Part shown: one piece after another, positions 49,330 through 62,761 of the stretch
Numbering within the stretch: the stretch's first letter is position 1
How the letters are laid out: each line of letters starts with the position of its first letter
Source: Octopus sinensis
Taxonomy: Eukaryota
Length of the DNA: 64,000 nt
Direction: 5' to 3'
Assembly (NCBI RefSeq): GCF_006345805.1
Contig: NC_043018.1
Span: forward strand, 3,968,001 to 4,032,000
Notes under the pieces: generated by a model
What the model was told of the DNA's origin: nothing
The model's database searches: none
The model's input: the letters and a program-made list of their open reading frames with translations, nothing else
Translations under genes and position numbers: made by a program

Positions 49330-49456
49330 TTACAAGATGGTGGTTTTGTTATTCATGTTTCGATCAGGGATGGGTCGTTAAATGAATTGCCACCGTCTTG
49401 AGTGGCTGCTTTTATTATTTCAAGCGATAAATTACCGAGATGGGTTCCAGATTAAG
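49330..49456 (+). other. Possible first exon of a plus-strand gene
   Basis: CpG-enriched unique region at 48930-49560. CAAGATGGTGG (YY1-like) at ~49333, ATG at 49440 and donor AAG|gtaaga at 49456/49457. No downstream exon identified. Confidence 0.3.
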
Positions 49457-49750
49457 GTAAGAAGAAGACCTTTTCAAAAAACAAAAAACAAAATATTTTT
49501 ATTTCTTGTTTGTTGTTGTGCGAGGAGCAAAGTGCGTGAAAGTCTGACTCGGTCCGTCGTCGTCCAGAAAGTCTGTACAAATATTTTCTGCGTTTCTTCC
49601 GTGACCACCCCTTCAATATGACAACAACGAAAAAAAAAAAAAAAAGGTTGGGTGGTATTTACTTATTGAAATCAAAAACATGTCTTTCTTTTCCAGTTCA
49701 CGTTTGCGTGACATGTAAATATAATATAATATAATATATATATATATATA

Positions 49751-50601
49751 TATTGGGTGTGTGTTGATATTGTGTAGCCCGAGGTCTCCAATAAAGCAGA
49801 AATATGGTCAGACATTCCAGCCGTGACCATCCAGTGCCTTTGTATATTTAAGACTGTCCAAGGTGTTCTTTCGTTTCAGACTGTAAAGCGTGACTGGAGG
49901 AAGATTTGGCTGCTATCACTAACAGATAGTGTAATTTAATTGTTCATTTTGAATTGATAAAAGGTGGTTTTTTTCTATATATATAAAACATGAAATTTCT
50001 ATTATATTTTCTGATCAGCCCCTACTTTGGGTAGATAGATACATATTGGGGTACCTGTTTATATATGATCGAAGCGATAGGTGTTGGTGACATTCGTTTC
50101 TACTGTAAAAAGATACTTAATTGGTGTTCGAAACCGAATCACCGTTTTCACTTTAGTGATGGCGAAGAGATATTAAAGGTTGAAAACATTCCGATAAAAG
50201 AAAGCAGAGAAAAATTGGTCCACACCATGGGGAAAAAATGTTTAAGTTCCCACGAAAGTGGAGATAGTGACTCGGTTTCGAAACCCATTTAACTCATTAT
50301 TTTACTTTACTCTGTTACATTTTTGCAGAAGAAACGGCTTACTGAGGAAACTCTGATTTTTAATCTGATTATACTATCTCTCTATACACACACCAACAAC
50401 CGAACCGCTATACTGTCGGACTGCCTGCTAGTGATAGCAGCCAAATCTTCCTCCAGTCACGCTTTACAGTCTGAAACGAAAGAACACCTTGGACAGTCTT
50501 AAATATACAAAGGCACTGGATGGTCACGGCTGGAATGTCTGACCATATTTCTGCTTTATTGGAGACCTCGGGCTACACAATATCAACACACCTACCCAAT
50601 A
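49751..50601. repeat. Near-identical ~170-bp inverted repeat with ~500-bp spacer containing a small TIR element
   Basis: 49751-49921 pairs with 50429-50601. Inner TTCGAAACCGAATCAC (~50127) pairs with GTGACTCGGTTTCGAA (~50282). Confidence 0.85.
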
Positions 50602-51829
50602 CTAATTTATACAAGTAGTTGTTTGCAATTCTGTTTAGCCCCAGGTCAGCCCTGGTTGAACTGGGTCTGTAAGCAAAACGTTCGGAGCGTCACTCGTTTT
50701 TTAAGTTTTAATCTAAAACTACAATACATATCTTTTCTTTCCCCACCTTTTTCTGTAAAGATGTTAGTAGATTTAGCTGCTTTATCTAGTAAATCGAGAG
50801 ACAGCGCAGCGACTTCCACGTTGGTTCGTTACAAGTGGTTGTTTTAACTGTTTGTTAAAGCAATTTCCTTCTTTTTAATTCTTCAGATTTTTCTTAACTT
50901 TTTTAAAACTTTAGCAAATGACAATAAATATACAGTTAAACGTTGAAGAGACCCAACATATGGTTTAGTGAATTTGAATTTCCATAAGGTTTCAAATAAA
51001 CTACAAATACAAGATTACGGTACTTTTATTTATGAGGAACATTTGAATTTTATCTTTATTTTTATTGGAAAAATGAAGAATCCTATAGCTTACTTCTGGT
51101 AAATTTTTATTGTTCCATCCCTCTATAAATTGATCGACGGACTTTCGGAATAACTATCACTGCCTCATGGAACAGGAAAAGGACAAGGAATTGGGTGGTT
51201 GTTTCCTTCTGTGAAAAAATTTTTTTGTCCCAAATTTTTTTTTCAATTTTACCTCAACTTCCATTCCGTACCCTTTTCTCGGTAAATTTTTACTATTTAA
51301 ATCGTCTCATTAGACGAGTGTAGAGTAAAAATTTTCCTAAACTTCTTTTAAAAGCTATTTGTGATGGCAACACTACTAAATTGTATCAAACAATATCCTT
51401 GTTAAATGTCTAGTTTATACAATAACATATGTTTTACTTATAAAACATGATTAGGTATATTTGTTTGTTTCAGAAAATTCAATGAAGTTCTTGTGTGTTG
51501 TGTGATTTATGTACTTCTCTGTTATTTCTGAGTTAACGACAGAAAGCTTCGTCTAAGACACGTCTACGGATTTGTCCTCTGATCTGTGTTTTTTTTTTGT
51601 TGCTTTTTTACCCCTTTTTCTACCCCGTTATAGGTTTTGTTGCGATTGTTAATTTCCATTGATTGTCTCTGAAAAAAAGAGGCATGCTATGAAAGACTTT
51701 CCAACCACGATCGTCTCGTATTTTCTACATATCATCCAAAATGTGTTTCTATTTTTAAGATAGTAGGGTGTGAATTGAAAGAAATTTGGCTGCTATTTTT
51801 GCATAGGATCACTTTAGCAGTTGTTAATA

Positions 51830-51944
<115 letters not shown>

Positions 51945-52920
51945 CACGTATATTAACATCCTAATATTTACGAGAACCCCTTCATTATTTTGTGAGCTAA
52001 GTTCTCTGTGCTACTTTTATGTTCGGGGCCTGGAACTTGAAAAAACAGTTTTTGAAGAGATGTCTTGAATTCTTTAATCAGTATCTCAATCTTTTATCCA
52101 CCCATGTTTCAAGTTCCTCTTCTCCCTCGAGAATGGTTTTTCTGTAGAACAGATTGAGTTTTCTTAATCTTCAACACCTAATCACGATTATTATTACAAA
52201 TATGCTAAATTGATACCGTGCCCAAACACTCGTCGTTGTTTAACGTTAGGAAATCCTTGATCATGCAGGCCTATGGTTAAAAGCATTCCACTCAGAACCA
52301 TTTGTCTTTTTTTTTTACACTCAGGGTGTATAAAGTCCTATTAGGCTGTGCTTTCATCGAGTATTCTTTAAGTGGTTGCACGACCTTCAAGAAGTGACAA
52401 CTAAATCGCCGTCTTAAACATGTCAGAACTACATTGAGTAGTCTTGGATACGCTATCCCTGAAAAAAAAAATTAGATGGTCATGGTCACGGCTGGAACGC
52501 TTTTGATCATTTTTCAGTTTAATCAAGGTAGACTTTGAGCTAAACTACAATAATCAACTATAAATCATCTTAATGTGTGTAGGTTGGTTCCAGTTGTCAC
52601 ATCAGGCAGTCAGTCAGGTTATATTATAAGGGTACTGGAGTAACGGCTGTTACACGTCTGATAATCAGACCATTGTAGAGAGTTTGCTTGCTTGTGGAGA
52701 GCCAACACTGATATACTGAATAGTTCAACTGTCACAAGTTAGCTCCGGCACCGCCACTCCCCCCACCATTTGGTGGAGACCGGAACTCGTATACTTTTAC
52801 AGGAGTTCTTTGCTAGACTATATGCAACTTGCTCCAGGCTTGCTCCATCTGCGTGTATAATTATATATATATGTGTGTGTGTGTATATATACACATACAT
52901 CTTCCTAATATATATATATA

Positions 52921-52996
<76 letters not shown>

Positions 52997-55823
52997 TCTT
53001 CCTAATATATATATGTGTGTGTATGTGTGTATTCTTTGTAAGTCTAGTACTTATTCGGTTATGGGATGTAAATACACACACACACACACACAAATATGGA
53101 TGGGACACACACACACACACACACACATAAATCTGTACGACGAGCTTCTTTCAGTTTACGTCTACCAAATCTACTCAAAAGACTTTGAAGACACCTACCC
53201 AAAGTACCACGCAGTGGGACTGAACCCAGGTACATGTGGTTGGGAAACAAGCTTCTTGCCACACCTGCACCTATAAAGCTGCTTTCGCTCACGTATATAA
53301 TATTGTGTGCGTGTCTTTATAGATAGATTACATAATTTTTTGTATGTTTTAAGAAACTTGCCTCCCAATTACATGGTACCAGGTTCAGTCCCACTGCATA
53401 GCACCTTGGGTAAGTGTCGTCTACTATAGCCTCAGGTCGATCAAAGCCTTGTGATTGGATTTGGTAGGCGGAAACTGAAAGAAGCCCATCGTGTGTGTGT
53501 GTGTGTGTGTATATATATAATAAATATAAATATATATATATATATATTATATATATATATATATATAAATATATTTGTGTTTCCTGGTGTGTTGACGTCC
53601 CCGTAACTTAGCACTAGTACTAGGCTTACAAAGAATAAGTCCTAAAGGAGTTATTCTTTGTAAAGGAAGTGTTCCAGTATGGCCGCAGTCAAATGACTGA
53701 AATAGTAAAAGAATAAAAAGAATATAGCAGTGAAGTATCGGGTTTGAAGGGAGGTGGAATTGGTAGTTCTTGTGCAATTATTATTAGGAAACAAGATCTA
53801 TATGATGATGGACGTTGACATTTTGTACCTTTTTGTATTATAAAACTTCCCTTTGAGGAAGTAAGAGTGCTTAACACTATGTAAAGGTAAAAATTGATAT
53901 ATATATATATTTACTTAGCGCTTCTTGCGTGTGAATTGTTTACACTTACTGTTAGTACATGTAAAACAGTTTGTGTATGTAAGTATATAAAATGTATTAA
54001 AAGCTATAAATAAGAGTGGAGAATATTGGGTTCTCTCCGAATGGAGAAAATCAATGGCTACTCTTCATTATAGTTAGTACATTCGTCATGTTCACAGATG
54101 TAGGGTATCCCACGGCAAGACTTTTTCCCATTCAAGGCTTTTTATAGCTTTATCCATCTTGAATACCTCTGTAAAAAAACCCAAAAAAAACCCCAACAAT
54201 TTCATATCTGTTGAAATATACAAATTCTCATAATGTAAACATATATCTCCTGTGTTCGATCAACCTGTTGACATAATACTATTTTGACATGTATATATAT
54301 TCTCTTTTAATTGTTTGTCATTTTACTGTGGCCATGCTGGAGCACCGCCTTTAGTCGAACAAATCGAACTCAGGCCTTATTCTTCGTAAGCCTAGCACTT
54401 ATTCTATTGGTCTCTTTTGCCGAACCGTAAACACACCAACATTGGTTGTCAGGGGAGGGGGGGGGGCAAAATCAGACATACTTTTTGTTTTACCGGTTTT
54501 GGTCATGTGACTGTGGCCATGCTAGAGCACTGCCTTTAGATGAAGAAATCGACCACAGCACTTTTTCTTTGTAAGCCAAGTACTTATTTTTTCGGTTTGT
54601 TATGGTGCATAAACACAGCAACATCAGTTGTCGAGTGATGATGGGGGTACAAACAAACATATACACACACACACATGTATATACATACATATACACATAC
54701 ATATATATATATACATAATTGCTGAGTCACTATCAGAACTAGAGAAGATTCAGTGTGGAAGCAAGGATTAGAATCAAAGGGCCTTAGAGTCAACCTGGCA
54801 AAAACCAAAGTCTTAATAAGTAGGAAGGCAGACAAACCACAAATCCCTTCAGGTAGTTGGCCCTGCTTGATCTGTAGAAAAGGCGTAGGTAGAAACTCCA
54901 TAAGGTGTACCCAGTGTAAGCTATGGACACATAAGAGGTGCAGCAATATCAAAGGAAGGCTAACTAGGAAGATAGTTTTTGTGTGTGGCAAATGCTCAGG
55001 AGCAATAAACACTGAAAACGTGCAGAGAACAGCTTCTGTCACATTCCAGGGAGAAAAACTAGAAATAGTTGATAGCTTCCATTACCTAGGTGACCAAGTC
55101 AGTAGCGAGGGTGGATGCTCTGAAACTGTAGCTGCTAGAATAAGGATAGCCTGGGCAAAGGTCAGAGAGCTCCTACTTCTGCTGGCAACAAAGGCCTCTT
55201 GCTCAGAGTAAAAGGTAGACTATGATGCATGTGTGCGGACAGCTATGTTACATGGCAGCGAAACATGGGCCATGACTGCTGAGGACATGCGTAAGCTTAC
55301 AAGGAATGAAGCCAGTATGCTCCGCTGGATGTGTAATGTCAGTGTGCATACACGACAGTGTGTAAGTGCCCTGAGAGAAAAGTTGAACTTAAGAAGCATC
55401 AGATGTGGTATGCAATAAAGAAACAGGCTTAGAAGGACTGGAAGAATGGTGGTAGCAGGGAATTGTATCAGACTGCCTGAAGGAAAGCTAGGAGACAGGT
55501 TTATTTAGCCAGAGGGGAAGCAGATAAGAAAACAATTTGCCAATGTTCTGTGCTGCGAGGACCAAAGACTTGAGATATTTCATGTTGCAAGACTGTGTGA
55601 ATGAGAATCGTGATGTTGTAGGAGAGAAATGTGTCCTCATAGATGATTGTTCACTTGCACTAAACGAGGCTGCAAAGAGAGAGGTTTGGAGACGCCACTA
55701 TGAAAGGTTGCTGAATAAAGAAAATGAATGGGAGAAAGGGAGTCTGCCGAATGTCGACCCAAGAGAGGGACCAGCTATCCGAGTTGACAGTACCTTGGTG
55801 GATAAAGTAATTAAGGGTATGAA

Positions 55824-56052
55824 GGTGGCAAGCTGGCAGAAACGTTAGCATGCCGGGCTAAATGCGTAGCCATATTTCGTCTGTCGTTACGTTGAGTTCA
55901 AATTCCGCCGAGCTCGACTTTGCCTTTCATCCTTTTGGGGTCGATAAATTAAGTACCAGTTACGCACTGGGGTCGATATAATCGACTTAATACCTATGTC
56001 TGTCCTTGTTTGTCCCCTCTATATTTAGCTCCTTGTGGGTAATAAAGAAATA
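55824..56052 (+). mobile_element. Nin/Deu-domain SINE inserted in the RTE, with TSD
   Basis: Same family as 25-437. GGTATGAAG is duplicated at 55816-55824 and 56053-56061. Confidence 0.85.
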
Positions 56053-57282
56053 GGTATGAAGACAGGAAAAGCCCCCGGCCCAACAGGATTCACTGCAGAG
56101 ATGCTCAAAATATCTGGCGGTGTCGGCTATAGCTTAGTCACCCATATAGTTAACCAGGTGATACACGAAGGAGTCATACCCAATGTTTGGTGTAGCAGCA
56201 TAATAGTCAACTGCTACAAAGATAAAGATGACGCTTTAGATACAAATAATTACAGAGGTATCAAGTTATTGGATCAGGTAATGAAGGTAACGGAGAGGGT
56301 CATAGCCCAACTAATTAGGGAGAGAGTCAGTTTAGAGGAGATGCAGTTTGGTTTCGTGCCAGGGAAAAGCACCACTGATGCTATATTTCTGGTAAGACAG
56401 CTGCAGGAGAAACACCTGGCCAAAGATAAACCTCTGTACCTGGCTTTCTTTGACATGGAGAAAGCTTTTGACAGGGTCCCCCAATCCTTTATCTGGTGGT
56501 CAATGAGGAAACTAAGGATAGAAGAATGGTTAGTGAGAGCTGTGCAAGCCATGTACAGGGATGCTGTCAGTAAGGTGAAGGTTGGCAATGAGTACAGTGA
56601 GGAATTCCAGGTAGAGGTAGGGGTCCACCAAGGTTCAGTCCTCAGCCCCTTCCTATTTATCATAGTCCTCCAGGCAATAACAGAATGCCCCTGGGAGCTC
56701 CTTTATGCTGACGACCTTGCTCTAATTGCTGAGTCACTGTCAGAACTAGAGGAGAAGTTTCAGACATGGAAGCAAGGATTAGAATCGAAGGGCCTTAGAG
56801 TTAAACTAGCTAAAACCAAAGTCCTAATAAGTAGGAAGGCAGCCAAACCACAAATCCCTTCAGGTAGATGGCCCTGCTCGATCTGTAGAAAAGGCATAAG
56901 TAGAAACTTCATAAGATGTATCCAGTGTAATCTATTGACACATAAGAGGTGCAGCAATATCAAAGGGAGGCTAACGGGGAAGATAGTTTTTGTATGTGGC
57001 AGATGCTCAGGAGCAATAAACACTGAAAATGCGCAGAGATCATCTTCCGCCACATTCCAGGGAGAAAAACTAGAAGTAGTTGATAGCTTTCGTTACCTAG
57101 GGGACCAAGTCAGTAGCGGAGTGGGGTGCGCTGAAAGTGTAGCTGCTAGAATAAGAATAGCTTGGGCAAAGTTCAAAGAGCTCTTACCTCTTCTGGTGAC
57201 AAAGGGCCTCTCGCTCAGAGTAAAAGGCAGACTGTATGACGCTTGTGTACGAACAGCTATGCTACATGGCAGTGAAACATAG
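56053..57282 (+). pseudogene. RTE reverse transcriptase domain with embedded PHD finger, ending at a premature TAG
   Basis: NYRGIKLL, QFGF, DMEKAFD, GVHQGSVLSP, YADD (56704-56715), C4HC3 finger (56875-57006) and FRYLG. The ETW codon is mutated to TAG. Confidence 0.9.
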
Positions 57283-58221
57283 GCTGTGACTGCTGAGGAC
57301 ATGCGTAAGCTTGCAAGGAATGAAGTCAGTATGCTCCGATGTATGTATAATGTTAGTGTGCATACTGGACAGAGTGTTAAGTACCTTGACAGAAAAGTTG
57401 AACCTAAGAAGCATCAGATGTGGTGTGCAAGAGAGACGACTGCGCTGGTATGGTCATGTGGTGCGAATGAATGAGGATAGCTGTATGAAAAAGTGCCACA
57501 CTCGAGCCGCTGAGAGAACCTGTGGAAGAGGTAGACCCACGAAGACCTGGGATGAGGTGGTGATGCACGACCATCGAACATTAGGTCTCACCGAGGCAAT
57601 GAGTAGTGACTGGGACCTTTGAAAATATGCTGTGCTTGAGAAGACCCAGCAAGCCAAGTGAGACCATAACCTCGTGGTCTATGCCAGAACTCTAACCAGC
57701 CCACTTATACATACCTTTCCTTCATTGGACACTAAACTCTGCTTATGAAGACCTGTTGAGGCAAGTGAAATCGAAATCAAATTTGATGACTAGCATCTGT
57801 GCTAGTGGAGCGCTAAGAGCACCATCCGAGCATGATCATTGCCAGAGCAGCTGACTGGCTTCTGTGCTGGTGGTACGTAAAAAGCACCATTCGAACATGA
57901 GTATTACCAGCATTGCTGTACTGGCACTTGTGCCGGTGGCACGTGAAAAAGCATTTGAGTGAGGTCTTTGCCAATGCTGTTGGACTGGCTCCTGTGCAGG
58001 TAGCACCTAAAAAACACCATTTGAGCATGGCCGTTGCCAGTACTGCCTGACTGGCCCTCATGCCAGTGGCACGTAAAAGCACCTGCTACATTTTCAAAGT
58101 GGTTGGTGTTAGGAAGGGCATCCAGCTGTAGAAACTCTGCCAGATCAGATTGGAGACTGGTGCAGCCATCTGGTTCACCAGTCCTCAGTCAAATTGTCCA
58201 ACCCATGCCAGCATGGAAAAC

Positions 58222-58266
<45 letters not shown>

Positions 58267-59514
58267 ATGTACTAGCAGAGGTACCTGGCATTGCTTAGGC
58301 GTAAAATGGCATAGTTTGTATATAATATATTACAGTTATGTTGAAACAGATAATATGGGTAAGTGCAGCATTGATAACAAAGTATTTGTGGAGTAAATAC
58401 TGGGCTAATTCAACTAAGCAACATGCTATGCGTCCATTTGGAGTATTTCAGGCCCTAGCCTGTCATGGAAAATTGGAGGTGGGGGTTATGTGGTTTTTGA
58501 ATGCACCGTAAAGCTCTCATTGGATATACTCTCCTTTGTAGCAGTTGGCGCTGTGTTTAACACAACCCATCATTTGAAATTTTGCCACTTCCGTCAAAAT
58601 TCTTTGATGCCTGTGCGAGAACTGCTATATTACATGGTAGTGAGACATGAACCATGACTGCAGAGGTCATGTGTAGACTGGAGAGGAATGAAAGTAGTAT
58701 GCTCCATTGCATATAATATTCATTTTCCCCTTCTCCATCTTCTTAGTTTTTTCTTTCTTAATATTGTGTGTGTATACAGCTTTTACCATCTCGTTTTCTG
58801 TGGTCGATCTATTCAGTTATAACTTTCTTTTATCCACTTGGTACCTGACATGTTTGACTGAAACACCCAGTCAGTGCCTACCAACTGTTCAAAAAAAAAA
58901 AATGTGATTACATGATTGAATAACCTTTCAATTACTGTCAGTTTGTAAATCTATAGTATGTGTGTATCTTGAGTTTACAGACACAAATTTATTTCATTTC
59001 ATATCTTTTCTTTTCTAAATTTATGCATTTTGTTCTCATATGGGTTGTAACTTTAATTTTTTTTTTATCTTTGAAATGAGTTTCTAATATAAGAAAATGA
59101 TAGTGGACACAAAAGGCCAACATACTGCTATGCCATCCAAGATGCAAAAGTGACAATAATGCATCTTGGACGACTACATAGCATCAATGAATTTTGAATG
59201 TTCTTTCCATATGTTCAGATGAAAATATTTCTTTATATATTGTATATGTTAGGTTCTATAAATGTATTTGATGTTTTGTTAAACGATGAGCTTTTTTAGG
59301 TTATAAGAATATCTTTTGCTTGTTAATGCATACAAGAATTATTGGGTCGCTACCAACTCAGACAATATCCTGAGGATATATTCAGAGATGAGCAGTTAAA
59401 ATGTCTTTTAATAAATGAAAGTATACAGTGTATATACGTATACATTCAGTAATGCATATATAAGAATACTTGAATTAAATTTTTAGTGGAATTAGATATA
59501 TTGATTTCAAATTA

Positions 59515-59706
59515 TGGCACAAGGCCAGCAATTTCGAAGGAGGGGTAAGTCAGTGACATCAACCCCAGTGTTACACTGTTACTTATGTTATTGACCCTGA
59601 AAGGCAAAGAAAACCTCAGTAGAATTTGAACTCAGAACATAAAGACAGATGAAATGTTGCTAAACATTTTGCCAGGCATGCTAACAGTTCTGCCAGCTCA
59701 CCACCT
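59515..59706 (-). mobile_element. Degenerate Nin/Deu-domain SINE
   Basis: Reverse complement of GGTGGTGAGCTGGCAGAA...GAGTTCAAATTC. Confidence 0.6.
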
Positions 59707-60949
59707 TAGTGAGAATAGATATATTAACATGTCATTGGGACAGTTTTTCAGTGTATAGAGATGTGTAGGGGTCTGTGTGAGGTGAGTTGATGTATTTATA
59801 GCAGTGTTGAGTAAGTGTATGTAAATTAGTTACTTGATACTGAGGTTGAGCTACACTTTTCTGAGAATCACCTTTGTGGATTGTTTTCTAGAAAAGCCTG
59901 TTGAGGCTTTTATCTGTGATTGCTTTTTATCATTGCCTCAATAACTGACACAGTTGATCTAGGTACTCATAGGAGGCCCAATAAAGTTTTGATTAACAGA
60001 CTCTATAAAAAAAAGGAAATATTGCCATGCAAGAAAAAGCAAAAAGCAAAAGCACCTATGCTAAAAGTTGTAGCCCATTGCTAGGTTGAAAAGTGATTAG
60101 TGAAGTTAGCATTCAGGTTTCAAACTTTGGTTGAACTTGCTGTTAGAAAAATGCTTTTTGATGTGCTTAAATTGAAATTGAGTCAGTATTTTAAATCTTG
60201 TATATAACAAAAAAAAAAAAAATACTATAATATGAATGTATTTAAATTTAGAGTTATAACAAAATAAAGAAAACAAATCTTTTCTTTTATTTATTTATTT
60301 TTACTCTTTATATCCTATTACACTTGAAAAACCTATTATATTTTCACAATGAAGCTAGTATTGTTCAGAGCTGTCTCTGAAAATCACTGCTTTTATTTAT
60401 TTTATTTTATTCTTCTCAACAAAAACTGTCATCCCAGGATCCAAAAATGACAGTCTTCCCCACTCCTACCTCTGTCATATTTTTTCTTTCCCTCAAAATG
60501 CATTACTTAACCTCTCCTTCTCTGAAGTACTGCTTCTGTTCTTTACATAGTATGTCATTATTATTATTAAGTGAAATATTTCATTTACAAGTCATTTTAC
60601 ACTGAGTCTAGACAGATCTTATGAAAAGATAACTAAAATTAGTTTTCTACATTCTTTTTTAATCTTTTATTTTCAATTTCAAAGTAGGAATGATAGAGTT
60701 GTGTAATTGCAACTGTGACTCCTTTGGGTGATCAAAACACCACAGAGAAAGAAGGTGTATTGCAGGAAGCTTTCTGTTGCCTTCTCGTACGCTAATAGTA
60801 TTTGAATTCCACTCTGCAAACTAATGAAAGTCAGTTCATGCACACACACGCATTCACTACATACTTCAGTGAGCTGTACCTGCTCAGGACAGCCGCAAAC
60901 CAACAAAGAAGCCCATACATGTTTGCTTGTAGAGACTGTTTACATATAG

Positions 60950-61280
60950 TTATGTTTCTCCCTTGGCACCTTAAGCAAGTGTCTTCTACTATAGCCTTGG
61001 GCTGACCAAAGCCTTGTGGGTGGATTTGGTTGATGGAAACTGAAAGAAGCCATTTGTATTTATCTATATGTCTTTGTGTCTGTCTGTCCCCCACCAGTGC
61101 GTGACAACTAGTTCTAGTGTGTTTATATCCCCATAATCTAGCAGTCCAGCAATAGACACTGAGAGAATAAGTACTAGGTTTTTAAAAAATAAGTACTAGG
61201 ATTGATACATTCAACTAAAAATTCATCAAGGCGGTGCTCCAGTATTTCTGCAGTCTAATGACTGAAACAAGTAAAAGAGA
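60950..61280 (+). mobile_element. CORE-type SINE, 5'-truncated
   Basis: Same family as 5563-5962. Confidence 0.7.
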
Positions 61281-61594
61281 AAAAATAATGATAAACAGAA
61301 TTTGGTGCTAAATCAACATTTTTCTTAAACAAGAGAAAGAAATTAACTTGATTTCAAGTAATATTGTTCTTTGTTTTTCTTTTTAAAATTTTAATTTGGT
61401 CTTAGAAGACTTACAATGGTCACTGGCACCATTCTTCAGACGAAACCAAAATATTTTTAAGAATCTATAAATAAAAGCTTAGTGTGTAATTTTAAGCTTT
61501 TTAACTGGGGTTTTTCATAAAAACAAAACCTTCCATTTTGAAAAGACAATAAATAATTTTTTTTTAGAACGTATTCTTAACTCCACTACCCATT

Positions 61595-62292
61595 GTCATC
61601 ATCGTCATTGTTTAACATCCACTTTCCATGGATCAGAAAGTTTGAGAGCTGGTAATCCAGAAGGCTGCACCAGGCTCCAATCTGATCTGGCAAAGTTTCT
61701 ACAGCTGGATGCCCTTCCTAATGCCAACCACTCCTTAGGAACGTTTTACATACCACTGGAACGCAGGCCAGTCAGGCAGTACTGGCATTGACCATGCTTG
61801 AATGGTGCTTTTTACATGTCACTAGCACAGGAGCCTGTCAGGTGGCACTGGCAATGTCCACACTCGAATGGTGCTTTTTACGTACTACCAACATGGAGCC
61901 AGTCAGCCAGCACTGGCATCGACCACACTTGAATGATGCGTTTTATGTGCCACCAGCATGAGACCAGTCAAGCAGCACTGGCATCGACCACACGTGAATG
62001 GTGCCTTTTATGTGCCACCAGCATGGGTGCCAATCAGGCAGTACTGTTATCAACTACAACAATGACTTCACTTGCCTCAACAGGTCTTTGCATGCGCAGT
62101 TTATTGCCCAATGATTGGAGGGTACTCTTAAATGGGCTGGTTATGTTGCACTGGCATAGGCCATGGTTACAGTCTCACTTGACTTGCTGGGTCTTCTCAA
62201 GCACAGCATATCGCCAAAGGTCTCAGTCACTTGTCATCGCTTCTGTGAGGCCCAATGTTTGAAGGTTGTGCTTCACCACATCATCCCAGATC
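61595..62292 (-). mobile_element. RTE LINE 3' end with tandem ~60-bp UTR repeats
   Basis: Reverse complement of the 42000-42610 and 57550-58225 sequence. Confidence 0.8.
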
Positions 62293-62726
62293 TTCATATA
62301 ATTCAATATTTTAAAAATGGGAGTAGTATTAGTTTTATAAAAGAAATGATTAAAATTTTTATCAACATAGTTTTTGTAAAACTCCAGAAATTCTTTTTTT
62401 TCTTGGAACTGTAATATTCTTCAGAAGCCACACTGAGAAGCACTAATCTGTTGTGTCCTTCTATTAAGGCAGTAGGGTGTGGCATGAGAAAAATATTTTG
62501 TTACTGTTTTTAACAGGGTAAGTGACCATGTAGAGGCTCTCCTGATTCATTAGGCTTTTCTCATTTGCTTGAGAAGCTGTTCTAAACTGTATAGCTGTAC
62601 ATATAGATATAGAGAATGTAGGCTTAAAGGACTTTGTTCTAACTGATAATGGTAGAAAGAGAAGGGTCAGGGTAGAAGCGTGGTTGATAGTCTTGTGAAG
62701 CACAAGAGATTGGCCTATCTGCATAC

Positions 62727-62761
<35 letters not shown>

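Larger units (their letters stand above)
54723..58225 (+). mobile_element. Two joined RTE LINE pieces (54723-55415 and 55416-58225) with 3' UTR
   Basis: Same family as 39520-42613. The first piece is RT C-terminal and the second restarts upstream of the RT. Confidence 0.9.
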
